A DNA stretch of 64,000 bases, from the NCBI GenBank assembly GCA_050613775.1, contig JBODTK010000112.1:372001-436000 (forward strand), in the 5' to 3' direction. Position numbers and translations under genes: made by a program. Below the pieces are notes generated by a model that was given only the letters and a program-made list of their open reading frames with translations, was not told the origin of the DNA and searched no databases. Below are positions 55,742 to 64,000 of this stretch, piece by piece. Within the stretch, counting starts at the first letter, position 1. Each line of letters starts with the position of its first letter. The DNA is from Neocallimastix sp. 'constans' (Eukaryota).

Positions 55742-56789
55742 ATTAAAATTAACTAAATGAAATAGAATCAGTCAATAAAAGACCAAAAAGAAAACTACTT
55801 TCCTTGTATCTTTTAAAAAAAAGCAATAAAATTATTACATAAAATTACTTTTAACTAATAAATGTATAATAAAATAAAAATATGATCAAACAAGTATATC
55901 ACCTATAAATTATTGAGATTATTGTTAAACCAAACCATAAAGTGTATGAAATAATAGATTATTACCAAATCAAGAATATTAATATAAAAGTTATTGCTAA
56001 ACTTGCTAAAGTATAAATTTATTAAGCGAATATAATATTTTTACACAATATTAAATAAATTGCAAAGTTATATTGCATAGTATTAATAAGAATATAAGTA
56101 AATTATTAGAATAGTTTAGGGAAGGCTTCTATTGCTTCTTACAAATTTTTTGCATAGTTTTATGATTTATATTAACATATTACTAGGGCTATCTTGATAT
56201 TATGAAAATAAGTAAAGAAAATCATAGCTACTAATTTATGAGAAATATATAAAAATATTTAAATAAAAAAATAAAATTAATATATAAAAGATCATATGAT
56301 TTTATTAATTTTATATAAAATTATGTAAATGTTTCAGAATTTTATGTTATAATAAATTAAAAATGCAATATTGATTTAAATAATTTAAAAGTTTGAGGAT
56401 TTATAAAAAAAAATAAATTTTAAAAAAGTTTTTAGTTTTTTAGTATAAAATAATTTTTATATTTTATATATACAAATATATATATATATTTTTAATGAAA
56501 TGTAATAATTTTCGAATTATAAAACTATATAAATATAATTTTTTTTTTTTTACAACTTAATCATATATTCTTTAATATAAATATATGAAATAATTTATGT
56601 GCTAACCAATAAATTATAAGTATATATATTGATGGAAAATTAAACTAAAACAAGATTTATAAATATAGAAATTGAATATGGATTATATAATAAATATATT
56701 ACTTCAATTTAAATATATATATACATATTTTTTTTTTTATTTTCATTATTTGGTTATTAAAATATATTTAATAAATTAAATATTAAAAA

Positions 56790-56820
<31 letters not shown>

Positions 56821-57122
56821 CATCCACTTTTTAAATTATTTATTTTTGTTTATATTAATAATATATATAATTAGCTGAAAGGTATTTATTTATATACTAA
56901 TTTTATTAGTAGAAAAAATTTTAATAATAAAAATAAACAAATAAAAAAATATCTAATTTTATAATATATATATATTTTTCTATTATTATTATTTTTTTAT
57001 TCTTTATATTATAAATAAATAAATAAATAAATAAATAGTAGTTAATCTAATTATAAATTTTTTTTATTAGATTCAATTTTAAATTATAAAAATATATATA
57101 TTTTTTATTTGTTATAAAAATA

Positions 57123-58115
57123 ATGGAAGCCACTAGAAAACTTAGAGATATTGAAGTATCAACCATTGGTTTCGGTTGTATGGGATTTTCATGTATGTAT
57201 GGTGAAAAAACTCCAGAAGAAGAAGCAATTAAAACTATTAGAGAAGCTTATAATATTGGATATACTTTTTTTGATACTGCTGAAGTTTACGGTAAGGGTC
57301 AAAATGAAATTTTAGTTGGTAAAGCTTTAAAGGATGTTAGAGATAAAGTTCAAATTGCTACTAAATTTAACATTTATACTAATGATGACATTGAAGGTCA
57401 AATGAGAACTAAGTTAAAGAATGCTTTAGAAAGATTACAAACTACCTACATTGATTTATATTATCTTCATCGTACAATTGATTATATTAATTTAGAAGAA
57501 ATTGCTAGAGTTATGGGCTTATTCATTAAAGAAGGTGTTGTTAAGGGTTGGGGTTTAAGTCAAGTTGATGCTGCTACCATTAGAAGAGCTCATGCTATTA
57601 CCCCTTTAACTGCTATACAAAGTGAATTTTCTATTGTTGAAAGAGGAAATGAAGATGAAGTTATCCCACTTTGTAAAGAATTAAATATTGGTTTCGTTCC
57701 ATTCTCACCATTAGCTAGTGGATATTTAAGTGGTAAGGTTAAAAAAGAAGATACATATGAAAAAACTGATGTTCGTAGTATTCTTGTCCGTTTTGAGAAG
57801 GAAAATCTTGAAAAGAATCAACCATTTATTGATTTATTAAATAAATTTGCTGAAGAAAAGAATGCAACTCCAGCTCAAATTGCTTTAGCTTGGATGATTA
57901 AGAAACATAATAACATTGTTCCAATTCCAGCTAGTCGTAAGATTGAAAGAATTAGAGAAAATTTCGGTGCTCTAAAGGTTCAACTTACTGATGATGATAT
58001 TAATCGCATTGAAAATGAACTTAAAAATATGACCTTCTTTGGTGATAGAGCTCCAGAATCTGATAAAATTAAAATGTTAATTCTTGGTAGAAATATTAAA
58101 GGAATGAGAGCTTAA
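57123..58115 (+). CDS. Aldo/keto reductase (AKR13-like), intronless, 330 aa
   Basis: Motifs IGFGCMG, FFDTAEVYG, IATKF, YIDLYYLHR, QSEFS, PFSPLASG and AQIALAW; catalytic D-Y-K-H tetrad present. Confidence 0.95.
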   Translation: MEATRKLRDIEVSTIGFGCMGFSCMYGEKTPEEEAIKTIREAYNIGYTFFDTAEVYGKGQNEILVGKALKDVRDKVQIATKFNIYTNDDIEGQMRTKLKNALERLQTTYIDLYYLHRTIDYINLEEIARVMGLFIKEGVVKGWGLSQVDAATIRRAHAITPLTAIQSEFSIVERGNEDEVIPLCKELNIGFVPFSPLASGYLSGKVKKEDTYEKTDVRSILVRFEKENLEKNQPFIDLLNKFAEEKNATPAQIALAWMIKKHNNIVPIPASRKIERIRENFGALKVQLTDDDINRIENELKNMTFFGDRAPESDKIKMLILGRNIKGMRA

Positions 58116-58309
58116 ATTATAAGAATATAAAAAAATATTTTCTTTTTTTTTTTTTAGTTTTTTTTCATTAATTTTGAAATAACTATAGTTATTTCATAAA
58201 ATAATTTAAAATAAATAAATAAGTAGCAATAAAATAAAATAAAAAAAGTAACAAATAATGTTTATGATTAAAATAAAGATCAATATTAATAATACAAAAC
58301 AAAGTATAC

Positions 58310-58343
<34 letters not shown>

Positions 58344-58998
58344 AAATAAAATAAAATAATATAATATAAAACAAAGTAGAATGGAATAAAACATAAATAT
58401 ATATATATATATATATAGAATTATTTTAGAAGTAAATATTAATAAAAAATTTTAATAAAATTTTAAATTTAAAAAAAAGGTAATGAAACAATATTTTTCT
58501 ATTATGAAAAGTAAAACAAAATAAATACAAAAATATTTTTTCAAGTTAAAAACAACAAAATATACTAATTTACAATACTTTTAATTATATTCATCATTAT
58601 CATATAATATATATATGTTCAAATGAATTGATGAATAATATAACATCATTTAACTTATGTTGTTAAATTAAATTGGCTAATTAATCATTATACTCCATAT
58701 CAGTTATTATCAGTTATTTTTGAGATAATTTTTTTTTTTTTTTTTGAATAGTATAATAAATTCCCTTATAACTAAAACAATCAACATACAAGAAATAATT
58801 TTTTTATTTTTTAATTTTTTCAAGTTCATCAAATATATTTAACAATAGTCCATTTTTATACATAATAATATACATAAAAATAATTTGAATCCAGTGATAT
58901 CTTTGTTTAAAGGAGAATTTAGGGAACTTCATATATCGTTACTATCTTATTTACAGATATATATATATTGTTTTATTTTACTAAGCATTACTTGTGAA

Positions 58999-59034
<36 letters not shown>

Positions 59035-60547
59035 TTATATCTTTATCTATTATAATACTATTATACTATTATAATATTATCATATTTATTTCATTTTATA
59101 TTTTTATTTTATTTTATTTTAAATCTTGTTTTCGACAAATGATTAATTTATACCATTAATCTTTTAGTAATAATTATTGGATATTTTTTATTTTTTATTT
59201 TTTATTTTTATTCTTTATTTTTATTTTTATTTTTATTTTTATTTTTATTTTTTTTAAATAATGTTGATATTATTTAATAATATAAGGAAATTTTATTTTA
59301 CATGAAATTAACATCATACATTTATATCATTAGCAATAATTCAACTTTTTAAACATTCATGAAATTATTTTTTTTTTCAAATTGAAATTTTGGTTTTATA
59401 TATATATTATAACATGTTGTTTCAAAGAATTTTGTGGTTAATTTCATTAATAAGTATATATATATATATATTAGAACATATGTAGGTAATATTTTAAAGA
59501 TTGACTCTTATTAAAGATCTTTTATAGTTAATAGAAAAACATATTAGTCATTAGATTGTGGAAATGAAATAGTTTTTAATCAATTGAATTTTGAACTTTG
59601 AATATGATGAATATGATAAGAAATGTAAAATTGTTTAATTATTTGATAAAATATAAGGCAAAAATAAATTATATATAGTGGAAATACTAGATTTAATACT
59701 TTATCTTAAAGCTATTCTTTAGAAATCAGATTAATTATGATATATTTTATATAATATAATAAATTACATAATATTACAATATTATGTATATTATTATTAA
59801 TATATCATTAGTTTATTTATTATTTTCTAATTTATATTTTATTTTTTTTTTAAAAAAAAGTTTTTAAGAAATAAAATAAATGAAGCATTTGATATCAATT
59901 CCTTTCATTATATTGTTATAATAATAATGAAATTGAATATTTTATTTTATTAGAGTTAGATTTTTAATTTATAATAAAATTTTCAATAATCTTATAATGA
60001 ATTAACTTTTTTTTTTTTTTAAATAAAAAAAAAAAAAAAATTAAAATAAAATAAAACAAAATAAAGGTATAAGTATTAAATGGTTTATTAATTAAAAAAA
60101 TGATAAAACTTATAAAGATTATAAATTTTTATTTTAATATATTTATTTATAAATATTTGATTATAAATTTTTATTTTAATATATTGAGTTTTATAAAAAT
60201 ATTAAAGTATGTCATAGTAGATAATTTAATAGTATAATAAAATAGAAAATATTTGCTTAAAGCAACCAATATAAAATAGTAATAGTAATAATAAGATCAT
60301 CTTAATAATTCTTAATATAAATTTATTGATTTAATATTCATTTGAAAATAATTTGATATAAATAAGATATTATTTTTCTATATGTATATATATATATATA
60401 TATTGATTTTTTTAATACATATTATTTGAATGTTTATTAATAAACAATATCAGTATTAATTTTATTAATTTTTATTAAAAAGATATATATAAAAAAATGT
60501 TAGTCATTTTAGTTAAATCTAAGTAATTAAGAGAGATATATCTTTAT

Positions 60548-60591
<44 letters not shown>

Positions 60592-60639
60592 ATTTTCTTT
60601 GTTAGTATAAATCCCTATATATACTAATATAATCTATAG

Positions 60640-60994
60640 TATTCTTGCGACTACTTCCTGATATTATAAAGGGGTAACTTTTATTCTCTTTGAGTGTTTT
60701 TTCTTATAAATTAAATTAGATGTTCGTTCGACATAGGAAGTATTCCTGTTATTAGACTATATGATCGCTAGTGAAAAGAGCACTTGATCTGTATGAGAAT
60801 TGGTGTAATTATTTCTCCTTCGATAATGGTTCAAGAGATAACTGAAAAGAAGACTGTCTTATGAAGCGGCATTGTCTTTCATACTAGCCTTGCTTAAAAA
60901 GATGTCCGTGTCGACACCAAAACGGTATGACAAAGAATCCCTGTTGTCTCCCCCTCTAGTTAATATCAGCCCCCTCCAAAAAAAAAAAAAAAAA
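60640..60994 (+). other. GC-richer island ending in poly(A); possible 3' remnant of a non-LTR retroelement
   Basis: Abrupt composition shift; ends CAGCCCCCTCC followed by an A run at 60978-60994; no ORF. Confidence 0.35.
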
Positions 60995-61151
60995 CTAATA
61001 ATAGTAATAATGAAAAGATTATATTTATATTAACAATTAATAATTAGTAATAATATTACTAATAATAATTAATTATAAGTAATAATTATGAATAATAACA
61101 GTAGAAATAATACTAATGATAATCTTTTAAAAAGATCTATGAACTAAAGTG

Positions 61152-61187
<36 letters not shown>

Positions 61188-62711
61188 ATTATTATTTAAT
61201 TAGTAAATTTTTTATTTATAAGAATAATTTTTTTAAAGTAGAAATAAATATAAAAGGTTAATTTTTTTTTAAATAACAAGAAATTTTTCTCATAAATTAT
61301 TTTTAATCGTAACATTAAAAATAATACTAAAATATATCTTTAAAATAGAATATTATTTTATTATTTTATTAAAATAAATCTTTACAATTAATTATTATTT
61401 ATTAAAAATTTAAATAAATTTATTTATCAAATATAATTTAAGCCACTTTTACATAAACGGTGTATTACAGTACACCGCATTTCATGTAAAGCCATATTTC
61501 AAAATGTAACACTCCTTATAGTAATAACAATAAATTAAAAAAAATCATAGAATTTCTAATAAGGAATCTACTTTTTTTAAATATATATATTTTTATTATA
61601 TCTATAATTAAAAATAAACTTTATTAATTAATAATACTTTATATATTATTATCATATAATATTTATTTTAATATAAAAATTATCCAATAATAATTATTAT
61701 CAATTTTTATTTGAACTGGAATTTTATGGAATTTTATGTATTAACTGAAAATAAAATGTCTTCTTTATTACCATTTTCTATATAAAAAAAAAAAAAAATA
61801 AATAAATTCCATGAAAAATAAAAAAAATATTCAACGAAAAAACTATATATATTATATATATTTTAGGTTTATATTTTTTATTTTAAATTATATAATAAAT
61901 AAAAATTTAGAATTTAGTTATTGATATATAAATCTGTGATTATATGTATATTTTAATAAAAAAAAAAAAAAAAAATTAAATATTTTTATTTTTATTACTA
62001 TTTTCTTTTATTTAAACTAACAAATATAAGACATCTAAAAAGATAGAAGTTTGTTAAATAGTAATTATGCTTGCTTTAACAATAGCTGAAGTGGTTGTTA
62101 ATAAAAATATTGTAGTAAAAAAAATGAAAATCATCTACCTTGACCTAGTTTAATAAATTTAAAGAATTTAATATATATAAGTTTCATATAGTTTTAAAGT
62201 TATTAAAATAATAAAATCAATGAAACTATTATTTATATCAAAAATGAAAAATTTTTTATAAAAAAAATGAACAAAAAACTTTTTTTATTATAATTAGAGT
62301 GATCATACATCATAAATCTCAAATTCTCTTTACTTAAAAGTTATAAAAGGTATATTATTATGATCTTATATATTTCCACAAAAATAGTTTTACACAATTA
62401 ATTTAATTAATTCATTTTTATATATATAAGAAAAAAATTTTTTTTTTTTTTTAAATTATAAATTTTATGTACTAATGAAAGTATTTTATCCTATATAATT
62501 TTAATATATATAAATAAAAATATAAATTAAAAATATAAATGCACATATATAAACATATAAATAAAAATATAAATACAAATATATATATATGAATATAAAT
62601 ATAAATATATATATATATTTTTTTTAAAATTTTTGTACAATTAAAAAAAAAAAAAAAAAAAATTAATAAATATTTTTTTCATAATTCAAAAAAAAAAAAA
62701 AAAAAAGGATA

Positions 62712-63283
62712 TTATTATATAGAACAAATTAAAAAAATAAATAGTTCTATTTTCAATAAAAGAAATTGCTATTATAAATCCATCTGATGTATTTAATTCA
62801 CTAATATTGTTATATTTGGAACATCGTAATTTGGAATATTACTGTTCTGATACAAAAACTTTGTTTTAAGGAAATAATTGATTTTAATATATATTCTTAT
62901 TATCTTCCAAAGGAATATTTATTGATAAAGAAAAGGATAATTCTCTAATGATTTTTAAAATACTAACAAGATAAAAAGTTAACAAAGGTAAATATTCCGA
63001 TGAAATGGTTGTGAGTGTTGATAATCTTTTCTGTATGATCCTAAATGTCATTTTTACAGGTAAATTTGAAGAAAATAAAAAAGTTTGACTACAATATATG
63101 ACTGTAGTCTATAATAAAAAACTCCGTTAATAAATTATTTTTGTGTGACAATTCAGTATATGTATATATAATAGTAGTATTCTAATATCAATTATAATAT
63201 ACTAGAAAAAAAAATAGAAAAACTAAAAAATAACAATAATCATAAATATTCATACTAATAATAATTTTTAAATAAAATTCAAA

Positions 63284-63328
<45 letters not shown>

Positions 63329-63510
63329 AGGTTATTATGAAGAACAAATTGAACAATAAATAATCCCAATTTCTCCAAAGAAATTACTGTAAAAATTCAT
63401 CTAATGTATTTAATACTCAAGTTTTGTTATATTAAGAACGTCGTAGTACATATTATGGCACTAAATCAAAAATTTTGTATTTAAATGTATTATTGATAAA
63501 AATTTATTTT
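62712..63510 (+). repeat. Diverged direct repeat (~62712-62885 and ~63332-63500), probably decayed coding sequence
   Basis: Both copies follow an A run and begin TTATTAT..AGAACAAATT. They translate to NPSDVFNSLILLYLEHRN versus NSSNVFNTQVLLY*ERRS. Confidence 0.5.
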
Positions 63511-64000
63511 ACTGCTGATGATTTCTTTTCAAAAATGAAAATTTATGATACAAATGGTGAACAGAATTTAGATAAACACAAGCCTGTTAAAGTATAAAAT
63601 GTATTTAGTAAAAGACAAAAAATTTTTTTTTATGTTTCAATAAATATTATCTTATTAATTCAAATGGTACTAGAACCAATATTATAATTATTTTATTATT
63701 ATATTGTATTTTGAAAGTTTAATTTTCAATATAAAAAAACAATCAATGTTTGTAATTTAATTTTCAATATATTTATTCTATATTAAAGATTAATTTTTTA
63801 AAAGTAATGCAACATAATAATAAAATAATTAAAGTAGAATAATAATGTTAATAACACTATTATAACTTAATAATTATATAATCTCTATGTATAATAGATT
63901 TAATAAATACTTAATAAATTTTTTCTTTTAAAACTATTGTTAAGTGACTTTTTTCATGCAATTTGTATAATAATATATTGAAATATCAACAAATTGAAAT

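Noticed and set aside
51851..58394. Short poly-F and poly-K ORFs (51851, 54905, 58189, 58206)
   Set aside because: They are translations of homopolymer A/T tracts.

Overview
Very AT-rich eukaryotic DNA, most likely from an anaerobic gut fungus (Neocallimastigomycota). This is inferred from CBM10-type fungal dockerins on a CotH protein, an intronless secreted GH3 and near-pure A/T intergenic DNA. From left to right the window holds: (1) the right part of a Ty3/Gypsy LTR retrotransposon whose gag-pol junction has a clear -1 frameshift signal (slippery heptamer plus predicted H-type pseudoknot); (2) two decayed, possibly lectin-like genes; (3) three GH3 beta-glucosidase genes with identical proteins, one inverted pair and one tandem copy, inside older diverged duplications; (4) a Mutator-like transposase remnant; (5) a 5'-truncated LINE with a 12-bp target-site duplication (TSD); (6) a spliced gene for a ~608-aa protein with a Sup35-like Q/N/G/Y prion-like insert; (7) a spliced CotH-dockerin gene; (8) a young gag-only LTR element, inserted at the TATA next to a related solo LTR, with its tRNA primer-binding site (PBS) inside a long U5/leader hairpin; (9) a MITE, an intronless aldo/keto reductase and several unexplained remnants. 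The best candidates for something undescribed are the gag-only LTR element and the prion-like-domain protein. All alignments and RNA structures were made by eye, with no database searches.
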